The position numbers and the translations under genes are program-made. From Alphaproteobacteria bacterium (lineage in GTDB: Bacteria > Pseudomonadota > Alphaproteobacteria > Micavibrionales > CSBR16-224), in the NCBI GenBank assembly GCA_006226225.1, contig SBHI01000055.1:1-42510 (forward strand): 42,510 bases of DNA. Direction: 5' to 3'. Numbering within the stretch: position 1 is the first letter of the stretch; the number at the start of each line of letters is the position of its first letter. The notes below the pieces were generated by a model, which saw only the letters and a list, made by a program, of their open reading frames with translations, did not search any database and was not told the DNA's origin. Below are positions 27,445-35,367 of this stretch, piece by piece.

Positions 27445-28611
27445 ATGCTGAAACTGTTTGAACATCCTTTTCTAGGACGGGGTTTCCGCCCCTTTTTCTT
27501 ATGCGGTGCCGTTTATACGGTTTTTTCCGTTCTGCTTTGGGGCGGTTTCTATGCAGGACATACACAACTACCGGAAGTTCTGGGCGATCCTGTCGGATGG
27601 CATGCACATGAAATGATTTACGGCTTTACGATGGCGATTGTCGCCGGTTTTTTGCTGACGGCAGTGGCAAACTGGACAGGCGGCGCACCGGCAAGGCAGT
27701 TGCATCTGGCGGGGCTGGTTGCTCTATGGGGAGCGGGGCGTCTTGTTTTAAACCTGAATACGGAGCTTCCCAGTTGGCTGGTATACGGTATTGCCGGTGC
27801 TTTTATTCCGGCGTTGGCCGTCAGTCTGGCACTGCCGCTGTTGAAAAGCCGGAATATCAGGAATTTTATTTTCCTTGGTCTGTTATCTATTCTGTCCGGC
27901 TGTGAAGCGGCTTATTTTATCACGGGAAAAATTATGCCGCTTTATCTGGCTGTGCTGATGATTGTGATAATGGTTTCCCTAATCGGGGGGAGGATTATTC
28001 CCGCTTTTACGGTTGCCGCCCTGCGCCGCCGCGGTGAAACGGCTTATCCAACCCCGCAGCCGAAGGCGGATATCGCCGCGCTGCTGTCGCTGATAATTTT
28101 GGGGGTGGTGCTGGTTGTTTTTGGCAATGCGGATGTTGTGTTTGCGGCGGCGGCATTTATTGCCGCAATCATCCATGCATGGCGGATGCGCTATTATCTG
28201 ACGGCGCGGGTCTGGCACGATCCAATGCTGTGGATACTGCATCTGGGATATGCGTGGCTGGTTGTCGGACTATTTTGTGCGGCGGCCGCCGGACTGGAGA
28301 TAATTCCGTTTTCGACGGCGTTGCATAGCATTACGGTCGGCTCGATCGGCTCTATGACACTGGGGATGATGTGTCGTGTGACACTGGGACATACGGGACG
28401 GGATCTGGCGGCATCAAAACTGACAACGCTGGCTTTTATTCTGATGCAGCTGGCAGCCGTCATCCGTGTCGGCGGTGTCATTGTTATGCCTACGCAGGCA
28501 ACGTTATGGATTGCGGCCACAGCATGTTTATGGGCGGGCTGTTTTGCTTTTTATCTTCCCGTTTACGCACCGATGCTTTGGAAGCAACGTCCGGATGGTG
28601 CGCCTGCTTAA
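27445..28611 (+). CDS. nnrS: NnrS family haem/copper membrane protein (NO-stress associated)
   Basis: It has the NnrS motifs GFRPFFL and WHAHEMIYGFTMAIVAGFLLTAVANWTGG. A GTG at 27436 is an alternative start. Confidence 0.87.
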   Translation: MLKLFEHPFLGRGFRPFFLCGAVYTVFSVLLWGGFYAGHTQLPEVLGDPVGWHAHEMIYGFTMAIVAGFLLTAVANWTGGAPARQLHLAGLVALWGAGRLVLNLNTELPSWLVYGIAGAFIPALAVSLALPLLKSRNIRNFIFLGLLSILSGCEAAYFITGKIMPLYLAVLMIVIMVSLIGGRIIPAFTVAALRRRGETAYPTPQPKADIAALLSLIILGVVLVVFGNADVVFAAAAFIAAIIHAWRMRYYLTARVWHDPMLWILHLGYAWLVVGLFCAAAAGLEIIPFSTALHSITVGSIGSMTLGMMCRVTLGHTGRDLAASKLTTLAFILMQLAAVIRVGGVIVMPTQATLWIAATACLWAGCFAFYLPVYAPMLWKQRPDGAPA

Positions 28612-28617
28612 AATCTT

Positions 28618-29328
28618 TTAACGGCAGGGAATGTCATCATAGGAAAAGTCGCAGAAATCCTCCAAAGCGTCCGTATCTTCAATTACGATATTCTGCCGGT
28701 CTGTTTTGACACCGTGCTGGGCAAGTTTTGACAAAGCGCGGGAAAAGGTTTCCGGCTGAATATTCAAGCGGGCGGCAATGATGGATTTGTTATAGGGCAG
28801 GCTGGCAACCATCGCGCCGTTTTCTCCCTCTGGCCGCATACGGCAGAAACGCAGCAGGAAGGCACCGATACGTTGCGGCGCGCTGCGTGTTGTGACTTGC
28901 TCAAGCTGTTGCACAAGATAGCGCTGCCGTGCGGAAATGGTTCCCAGCATATTCAGGGCGAAATGGCTGTCTTCTTCAATATTGTGCAGAATGGTCGCAC
29001 GCGGCACGGAAACGAGAATGCTGTGCTCGACGGCCTGCGCATTGACGGGGTACATGTTGCGTTCGCTGAAAACGGCGGCTTCGGCAAAAGATTCGCCGGG
29101 GCCGAAAACATGGATGATTGTTTCCTCTCCTTCGCGCGATGTGCGGTAAAGCTTGACCCAGCCATCAGCGATGATAAAGAAGGAGTCCGCACGGTCGCCC
29201 ATGGCAAAAATGTCCTGCATCCGTTCGAATTCCCGTATTCTGCAATGCTGTGACAGATTCTCCAGAACCGGAGAGGGCATACCGGTAAAGAGCGGGTTTT
29301 TTTGCAGTGTTTGAACGATATTCTGCAT
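28618..29328 (-). CDS. Crp/Fnr-family regulator without a Cys cluster (Dnr/NnrR-type, probable NO-responsive)
   Basis: It has a cNMP-like domain plus a helix-turn-helix with ETFSR, and no sensory Cys cluster at either end. It is adjacent to nnrS and the nar genes. Confidence 0.8.
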   Translation of the reverse strand: MQNIVQTLQKNPLFTGMPSPVLENLSQHCRIREFERMQDIFAMGDRADSFFIIADGWVKLYRTSREGEETIIHVFGPGESFAEAAVFSERNMYPVNAQAVEHSILVSVPRATILHNIEEDSHFALNMLGTISARQRYLVQQLEQVTTRSAPQRIGAFLLRFCRMRPEGENGAMVASLPYNKSIIAARLNIQPETFSRALSKLAQHGVKTDRQNIVIEDTDALEDFCDFSYDDIPCR

Positions 29329-29468
29329 GTTTCTTCCTTTGAAAACTACAAGGGAGTTATATCAAAGAAATAGCCGTACAGGCTATAAAAAAAGCGCATA
29401 TAAAGGACTTGTTATTGTGTCGTTTTCAGATCAGAGTTACAAAAAAATGGAACAATTCCATCTTTGGA

Positions 29469-29482
29469 TTGATTTGGATCAA
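29469..29482. promoter_or_regulatory. Perfect FNR-type box TTGATTTGGATCAA between the dnr-like gene and moaA
   Basis: An exact TTGAT-N4-ATCAA palindrome. TACAAT lies at 29485-29490 just downstream. Confidence 0.6.
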
Positions 29483-29549
29483 TTTACAATGGCAATCTTT
29501 CCCGCATAGTCGGTGCAATAAATATATTGCCATGTTTCCATTGAATAGG

Positions 29550-29660
29550 AAATCTGGCAACTCCGAGCCCTGCCGCCTAAGTTTTCAAATGACAGAAAAT
29601 ATGGTTGTTTGGCCGGGGTCGCATGTGGAAACGCTGCGGCCTCCCGTGTTTGGAAAGGAG
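29550..29660 (+). ncRNA. Molybdenum cofactor (Moco) riboswitch candidate in the moaA leader
   Basis: CTCCGAGCC (29561-29569), GCCTCCC (29639-29645) and GGAAAGG (29652-29658, overlapping the moaA SD) match the conserved blocks I remember from the E. coli moaA Moco motif (..GCCUCCCGUAUCUGGAAAGG..). GCCGC (29572-29576) can pair with GCGGC (29636-29640). The boundaries are approximate. Confidence 0.65.
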
Positions 29661-29665
29661 TAAAG

Positions 29666-30658
29666 ATGAAAAACGACCAAACAGTACTGACGGACACATT
29701 CGGCAGGCGCTTTCCTTATCTGCGGCTTTCTGTCACCGATGTGTGTAATTTCCGGTGTTCCTATTGCCTTCCCGACGGTTATAAAAAGAGCGGTTGTGAG
29801 CCATTTCTGTCAACCGAAGAGATCGGGCGGGTGGTGCGCGCCTTTGCCGCGATGGGTACGTGGAAAATCCGCCTGACGGGCGGAGAACCGACGGTGCGCA
29901 GTGATTTTACCGAGATTGTCGAAATTGCGGCGGCAACGCCGGGGATCGAAAGACTTGCTTTCACGACAAATGGCTACCGCCTGCCGGAGCGGGCGGAAGA
30001 GTTTTACAAAGCCGGTCTGCGCGCCATCAATATCAGTATAGATTCCTTGAAAGCAGATAAATTCCGCGAAATTACGAGCCATGACCGTTTGGAGGAAATA
30101 CTGGACGGTATTGATGCGGCCCTTGATGCGGGGTTTGAAGCCGTGAAAATCAATACGGTTTTGCTGAAAGGGTTGAATGATGATGAATTGGATGATTTTC
30201 TGGATTTCGTGCAGGATAAGCCACTTTCGCTGCGTTTTATAGAATTGATGCGGACATTGGATAATCAGGACTATTACGGCGCACATCATTTATCGGGGCA
30301 AACAGTCAGGGACAGGCTGACGGCACGCGGTTGGCAGGAAATAGAACGGGCGGAAGGCGCGGGGCCCGCAGTTGAATTTATACATCCGGACAGCCGCGGC
30401 AGGATCGGTATCATCGCGCCCTATTCAAAGGATTTCTGCAAAACATGCAACCGGCTGCGTATTTCGGCGAAAGGAGCGCTGCATCTTTGCCTGTTTGGCA
30501 GCGGCGGTTATTCGCTCAGAGAGTATTTGCAAAGTGACGATCAAATGGAAGCGCTGCAGGATAAAATCATGGAACTGATGCGGTTTAAGCGCAGTTCGCA
30601 TTTTCTGCAGCAGAATGACAGCGGTGCAACACCGCATCTGGCATCAATAGGAGGTTGA
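29666..30658 (+). CDS. moaA: GTP 3',8-cyclase (radical SAM)
   Basis: The ATG at 29666 follows AAGGAG. It has the CNFRCSYCLP radical-SAM motif, the C-terminal CKTCNRLRISAKG cluster and a terminal GG. Confidence 0.95.
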   Translation: MKNDQTVLTDTFGRRFPYLRLSVTDVCNFRCSYCLPDGYKKSGCEPFLSTEEIGRVVRAFAAMGTWKIRLTGGEPTVRSDFTEIVEIAAATPGIERLAFTTNGYRLPERAEEFYKAGLRAINISIDSLKADKFREITSHDRLEEILDGIDAALDAGFEAVKINTVLLKGLNDDELDDFLDFVQDKPLSLRFIELMRTLDNQDYYGAHHLSGQTVRDRLTARGWQEIERAEGAGPAVEFIHPDSRGRIGIIAPYSKDFCKTCNRLRISAKGALHLCLFGSGGYSLREYLQSDDQMEALQDKIMELMRFKRSSHFLQQNDSGATPHLASIGG

Positions 30659-30663
30659 CGCGT

Positions 30664-31680
30664 ATGGCAAAAACAGAACAGGTGATTTCATTTCCGGCAA
30701 CGGAGACGCAATTCAAGATGATTGATGTCGGGCGCAAACGGCCGACGCGCCGCCGTGCGGTTGCAGCAGGTAGTATCTACATGAATGCGGAGGCTTTTGA
30801 AAAAATTCAGACGGGCACTTTGCCGAAAGGAAACGTGCTAGCACTGGCGGAGGCTGCAGGCATTGCCGGTGCAAAAAAAACACCGGATCTTTTGGTGATG
30901 TGTCATCCTCTGCCGCTGGATCAAGTCACGATTCATTGTATGCTGGATGAGGCTTCAAACTGTGTCACCGTTTATTGTCAGGCGGCGGCTTTCGCCAAAA
31001 CAGGTGTTGAAATGGAGGCACTTGCTGGCGTGAATGTGGCATTGCTGACAATTTGGGATTTGACAAAAGGCGTTGATCCCGCGCTTCGCATGGGAGAGAT
31101 TACCCTGCTGGCGAAAACGGGTGGAAAAAGCGGTATCTGGACGCATCCGGACGGTATTCCGGAATGGCTGGCAAAACAACTACCGTCTACGCGCAGTCTG
31201 GACGGAAAAACTGCTGCCGTGCTGGTGATGAGCGATCGCGCTGCCAAAGGGGAATATCAGGACGAATCTGGCGCGGTTATTAATAGCCTGCTGGAAGCTC
31301 AAGGGGCCTCTCTTGCCGCTTATGAGGTTATTCCGGATGAAAAAGCCGCCATATCTGCGGCGCTTTTGCGCATATGCAGTGATAGCAAGCCGGATTTGTT
31401 AATTGCTTCCGGCGGGACGGGGCCGGGGCCACGGGATGTAACGCCTGATGTTCTGGCGGATATCAGTGACCGTATGCTTGACGGTTTGGGTGATTTACTG
31501 CGGTTCGAAAGTCTGCATTACACCGATACGGCCTGGCTGTCGCGTATGACGGCGGGGATGGTCGGCTCAACGCTGGTTGTTGCTTTTCCGGGTAGTCCGA
31601 AAGCTGTGAAAGAATGCTGGGATATTCTTATTCCTTTTCTGGGGAATGCTTTGGATAAAATTGCAAAACAGGGTTTTTAG
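30664..31680 (+). CDS. moaC: Fusion protein: cyclic pyranopterin monophosphate synthase (MoaC) plus a MoaB/MogA-type domain
   Basis: The N-terminal half is MoaC-like (MCHPLPL, KTGVEMEAL, LLAKTGGKSG). The C-terminal half is MogA/MoaB-like (GGTGPGPRDVTPD, FPGSPKAV). The ATG at 30664 has AGGAGG 9 nt upstream. Confidence 0.9.
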   Translation: MAKTEQVISFPATETQFKMIDVGRKRPTRRRAVAAGSIYMNAEAFEKIQTGTLPKGNVLALAEAAGIAGAKKTPDLLVMCHPLPLDQVTIHCMLDEASNCVTVYCQAAAFAKTGVEMEALAGVNVALLTIWDLTKGVDPALRMGEITLLAKTGGKSGIWTHPDGIPEWLAKQLPSTRSLDGKTAAVLVMSDRAAKGEYQDESGAVINSLLEAQGASLAAYEVIPDEKAAISAALLRICSDSKPDLLIASGGTGPGPRDVTPDVLADISDRMLDGLGDLLRFESLHYTDTAWLSRMTAGMVGSTLVVAFPGSPKAVKECWDILIPFLGNALDKIAKQGF

Positions 31681-31693
31681 AAAGGAAAAGACT

Positions 31694-31945
31694 GTGACGG
31701 ATATCGATATTCATATTAGATTGTTCGGTGCATTCCGAAAAAACGGCCAATCCCTGACATTGTGTCTTCCTGCTGGCAGTACAATTGCCAGTGTAAAACA
31801 GCAGATCAGTTTGCAATTTACTGAAACGGAAGCAGCGCTGGTGTTTGACTCTGTTCTTGCGGATGAGGAGTCTATTTTGCCGGATGGCTTTGTGTTGGAA
31901 AACAACATCAACCTGTCTATTCTCCCCCCTGTTTGCGGAGGCTGA
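31694..31945 (+). CDS. moaD: Molybdopterin synthase sulfur-carrier subunit
   Basis: 83 aa from the GTG at 31694. It has a ubiquitin-like small protein sequence ending in the diagnostic C-terminal GG (PPVCGG). Confidence 0.85.
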   Translation: MTDIDIHIRLFGAFRKNGQSLTLCLPAGSTIASVKQQISLQFTETEAALVFDSVLADEESILPDGFVLENNINLSILPPVCGG

Positions 31946-31947
31946 AG

Positions 31948-32421
31948 ATGGAGAATATTTGCATTCAAATCACGGATCAGCCATTGAATATCGAAACGGC
32001 CTGCAGTTTTGTTGATAGTGCCGGTGCAGGTGCAAGCAATCTGTTTGTCGGGCGTGTCCGTAATAATCACGAAGGAAATGATGTTACAGGTATAACCTAT
32101 GATATTCACGCCGGTTTGGCGGAAAAGGTTTTGCGCGATATTTGTACGGAAGCGGAAGGGCTGTGGCCGGAAACACGCTACTATGTCGCGCATTATACGG
32201 GTGAACTGCCTGTCGGCGGAATAAGTGTTGTTATTGCCGTCAGCGCGCCGCACCGTGCGGAAACATTCGAGGCCTGCCGTTATGTGATTGAAGAATTGAA
32301 GCTGCGGGCGCCGGTCTGGAAACAGGAACATTATACGGATGGCAGAAGCGATTGGCTTCCCGGCCATTCCCTGAAGGAAGATGTCGCCGTGAATGATGTC
32401 TGCTGCGGTAAATGCTCGTAA
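31948..32421 (+). CDS. moaE: Molybdopterin synthase catalytic subunit
   Basis: It has MoaE-like sequence (FVGRVRN, ISVVIAVSAPHR, PVWKQE) and starts 3 nt after moaD. It has a short Cys-rich tail (VCCGKCS). Confidence 0.9.
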   Translation: MENICIQITDQPLNIETACSFVDSAGAGASNLFVGRVRNNHEGNDVTGITYDIHAGLAEKVLRDICTEAEGLWPETRYYVAHYTGELPVGGISVVIAVSAPHRAETFEACRYVIEELKLRAPVWKQEHYTDGRSDWLPGHSLKEDVAVNDVCCGKCS

Positions 32422-32434
32422 TGAAAGGAGCGGT

Positions 32435-32971
32435 ATGAAAAACGGCGGAGAGAAAATTGCCGGTGTGGTGCTGGCCGGTGGGCGGTCTTCACGTATGGGA
32501 CAAAACAAGGCGCTGCTGCCATATGACGGTCACACGCTGCTGGAGCATATGACGCTTTTGTTGCGGGAAGCAGGCGTTGCGGATGTTTTCGTCAGTGGCA
32601 GTTACGAAGGCTATGACTGTATTCCTGACCGGGAAAAACATGCCGGACCGGCGGTGGCTTTGCGGCATGTGCTGCAGGATTTGGCGGATAGAAATATATA
32701 TCGGGGCGCGCTTTGCGTACCGGTGGATATGCCGCAGCTGTCTGCGGGTCTTTTGCGTTATTTGTGCGGGATTGAAGCGGGAGCATATTTTTCCGATCAC
32801 CCTTTTCCACTTTATATGCCGCTGCCTCTGTGCGGTGAGGCAGGGGCGACATCAATGCGCGGATTGTTAAATGCGGAAAATATTACCGCGCAGCAACTGC
32901 CAGAGAAATATACGCATCATATGATGAATGCTAATACACCGGAAGAGTGGGAAAAGGTTGTCGGAAAATGA
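32435..32971 (+). CDS. mobA: Molybdenum cofactor guanylyltransferase
   Basis: It has the nucleotide-binding motif AGVVLAGGRSSRMGQNKALL. The ATG at 32435 follows AAGGAG. Confidence 0.85.
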   Translation: MKNGGEKIAGVVLAGGRSSRMGQNKALLPYDGHTLLEHMTLLLREAGVADVFVSGSYEGYDCIPDREKHAGPAVALRHVLQDLADRNIYRGALCVPVDMPQLSAGLLRYLCGIEAGAYFSDHPFPLYMPLPLCGEAGATSMRGLLNAENITAQQLPEKYTHHMMNANTPEEWEKVVGK

Positions 32972-33300
32972 ATGTAAAAATGGACGGAACATCCCTGCGC
33001 TTCAAGATTACGGGGGCTGAGCTGGAAGAACTTCTGGCCGGACGACCTGTCGTAAACAGGCCGGTTGTCGGCGGTGTTTCCGTGGTGGTCGTGATAGAGC
33101 CTAGGCCGCATTTATCAACAGGGCTTTCTGCGCAATGCCTTGCGGAGAAAGGGGCTGTCACGCTGCAGCTAGCAGTTGCCGCCGAAAAACTGACACAGTT
33201 GAAGGATATGGGCAAAAGCCGTGACGGTATTGCGGTTACGGAGGGGGATACGGTTTTATATCTGCTGGTGGACGCGCGCAAAACATCTGCGGAACAGTAG
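32968..33300 (+). CDS. Hypothetical 110-aa protein translationally coupled to mobA
   Basis: Its ATG at 32968 overlaps the mobA stop (ATGA). I do not recognise a domain. It has no signal peptide or TM segment. Confidence 0.5.
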   Translation: MNVKMDGTSLRFKITGAELEELLAGRPVVNRPVVGGVSVVVVIEPRPHLSTGLSAQCLAEKGAVTLQLAVAAEKLTQLKDMGKSRDGIAVTEGDTVLYLLVDARKTSAEQ

Positions 33301-33302
33301 CA

Positions 33303-34082
33303 ATGTTTTTTCTGACGCTGTGCTTTTTTATTGTCGCTTTATTTTATGCAACGGCGGGCTTCGGTGGCGGGTCGACATATAATGCTCTTTTATCGCTTGC
33401 CGAAACGGATTACCGCATTTTTCCGTCCATTGCCTTGCTGTGTAATCTGATTGTGGTTTCCGGAGGTGTGTGGCGTTTCTCCAGGGCCGGACATATTAAT
33501 CTGCGGCGTGTGATGCCCTGGGTCGTGACATCCGTTCCCGCGGCCTTTCTGGGTGGGGTGTGGGAAGTTTCGGAGTGTTTTTTTACCGGCCTTCTCGGCA
33601 TATCGCTGCTGATTGCGGGCGCGCATATGATGTATTTTGAAGTCCGGACACAAGATGTTTCGGAAAGGCCCGTGCAAAATATACTGCGGCGTTTCCCCGT
33701 TTTGCTGCCCTGTTTTGCCGGTTTGTGTCTGGGGCTTCTGGCGGGAATTGTCGGGATTGGCGGTGGCATCTTTCTTGCCCCTCTTCTTTATATCTTGCGC
33801 TGGGATCACGCCAAAGCCATCGCTGGCACCTGTGCCGCCTTTATTTTGTGCAACTCGCTTGCCGGATTAGGAGGGCATGCCGTCAAACTTTACGGTACGG
33901 AGCTTTTGCCGCAGCTTGCCGGTTACTGGCCGCTGGGTTTGGCCGTGCTGGCCGGAGGCCAGATCGGCTCATGGCTTGGTGCGGTGAAAATGGACAAACG
34001 TCTGGTCGCTTTGCTGACGGCGGTATTGATTTTATATGTTGCCATACGGCTGCTGTGGCGCTGGTCAGGAATGGTTTTCTAA
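33303..34082 (+). CDS. TauE/SafE-family anion (sulfite/organosulfonate) permease
   Basis: 259 aa, a polytopic membrane protein with the Gly-rich motifs (GFGGGS, GIGGGIFLAPLL) typical of TauE/SafE. It starts 3 nt after the orphan ORF. Confidence 0.75.
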   Translation: MFFLTLCFFIVALFYATAGFGGGSTYNALLSLAETDYRIFPSIALLCNLIVVSGGVWRFSRAGHINLRRVMPWVVTSVPAAFLGGVWEVSECFFTGLLGISLLIAGAHMMYFEVRTQDVSERPVQNILRRFPVLLPCFAGLCLGLLAGIVGIGGGIFLAPLLYILRWDHAKAIAGTCAAFILCNSLAGLGGHAVKLYGTELLPQLAGYWPLGLAVLAGGQIGSWLGAVKMDKRLVALLTAVLILYVAIRLLWRWSGMVF

Positions 34083-35144
34083 ATGTTTCCACGCCTCGTA
34101 ACCGCCAGCCATGCTGTAGACATTCATATAACCGTCTGCCAGCAGGATTCTGGCGGCTGTGACGCTGCGCTTTCCGCTACGGCAGTAGAGAACGAGGTCA
34201 CAGTCGCGGGGCAGATCCGGGATATTGTTTTGTGACAATAGGGAAAGCGGGATATGCTGCGCCTCTGCAATATGTCCGGCCTGCCATTCATGTGTTTCGC
34301 GTACGTCAATAAAAACAGCCTGCCGGTTTTCCCTTGCCTGCTCCGGCGTGACTTCCGAGATCAATCCGCAGACGGGTGAGCTGTATTCCAGAACGATCTT
34401 GTCTTTCGGTTGGCAACAGACGGAACAAAAGGGGTTTTTAGGTAAGGTAAGGCATTGCGTTTGCATGTCATGCGCGTCAATCATCCATAATTTTCCCGTC
34501 AGCGGTGCAAAGCTTTTATCGGCAACGGCCACTTGTATTGCTTGCAAGGCCTGCTGTGTTCCGACCAGACCCGCGACGGCACCGATAACGCCGGCCTCGG
34601 CGCAGTTGGGGACGTAGGATTGCGGTGGTGCGGGATATAGACAACGATAGCACGGCCCGCCATGTAGGTTAAAGACGGAAACCTGTCCCTCAAATCCGGA
34701 GATGGACCCGTAAATCAGCGGTTTTCCACATTTGATGGCTGTATCGTTGATAAGAAATTTGGCGGCGAAATTATCTGTGCCGTCAATAATGATATCATAT
34801 CCGGAAAAAATATTTTCAGCATTTCCCTCCGTCAGTTCTTCCGTATAGGCGGTGACTTCAATATCGGGATTTAATGCAATCAGCTTATCACGTGCTGCGG
34901 CGGCTTTATTTTGTCCGGTCTGGTCGGTGCTGAACAGGATTTGCCGCTGCAGATTGCTTTCTTCGACGGTGTCGAAATCGACAATGCCCAGATGCCCGAC
35001 ACCGGCAGCCGCCAGATACAGTAAAGCGGGGCAACCAAGCCCGCCAGCACCGATACACAGGATATGGGCGGCGGACAGTTTCTTCTGCCCTTCTTCCGTA
35101 ATCTCCGGCAGGATTGTTTGACGGCTGTAACGATCATTTTCCAT
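34065..35144 (-). CDS. moeB: MoeB/ThiF-type adenylyltransferase fused to a C-terminal rhodanese domain (MoeZ-like sulfurtransferase)
   Basis: It has RYSRQ, the GAGGLGCP nucleotide loop, CxxC pairs, and a C-terminal rhodanese domain with the active-site loop YCRSGKRS. It overlaps the tauE-like gene by 18 nt. Confidence 0.87.
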   Translation of the reverse strand: MENDRYSRQTILPEITEEGQKKLSAAHILCIGAGGLGCPALLYLAAAGVGHLGIVDFDTVEESNLQRQILFSTDQTGQNKAAAARDKLIALNPDIEVTAYTEELTEGNAENIFSGYDIIIDGTDNFAAKFLINDTAIKCGKPLIYGSISGFEGQVSVFNLHGGPCYRCLYPAPPQSYVPNCAEAGVIGAVAGLVGTQQALQAIQVAVADKSFAPLTGKLWMIDAHDMQTQCLTLPKNPFCSVCCQPKDKIVLEYSSPVCGLISEVTPEQARENRQAVFIDVRETHEWQAGHIAEAQHIPLSLLSQNNIPDLPRDCDLVLYCRSGKRSVTAARILLADGYMNVYSMAGGYEAWKHLENHS

Positions 35145-35367
35145 GTGTAAAAGTTACACGGCTTTGCTGTTATACACCAGAGAAGATATGCGGGGAATGA
35201 TATCTTTGTTCCGGTTATATTCCCTGTAAAACAGCGAAGCTGAAGCTTCGAGAGGGCAGCTCGTATGAAGTGCGGCACACCACAATAATAACTTCCTTAC
35301 ATCCTTATTGTCCGGCGGGTTGTTTTGCGCCATTATCTATTGGCCGCTTTTTACAGATGGAGGGCAT

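Noticed and set aside
29327-29663. Two small ORFs (60 and 84 aa) in the dnr-like/moaA intergenic region
   Set aside because: They overlap the FNR-type box and the Moco riboswitch-like conserved blocks. They have no RBS and poor coding appearance, so the RNA element is the better explanation.
31711-32508. 265-aa minus-strand ORF overlapping moaD, moaE and the start of mobA
   Set aside because: It lies antisense to three well-supported, tightly coupled Moco genes. Its composition is typical of a shadow ORF, with no motif.
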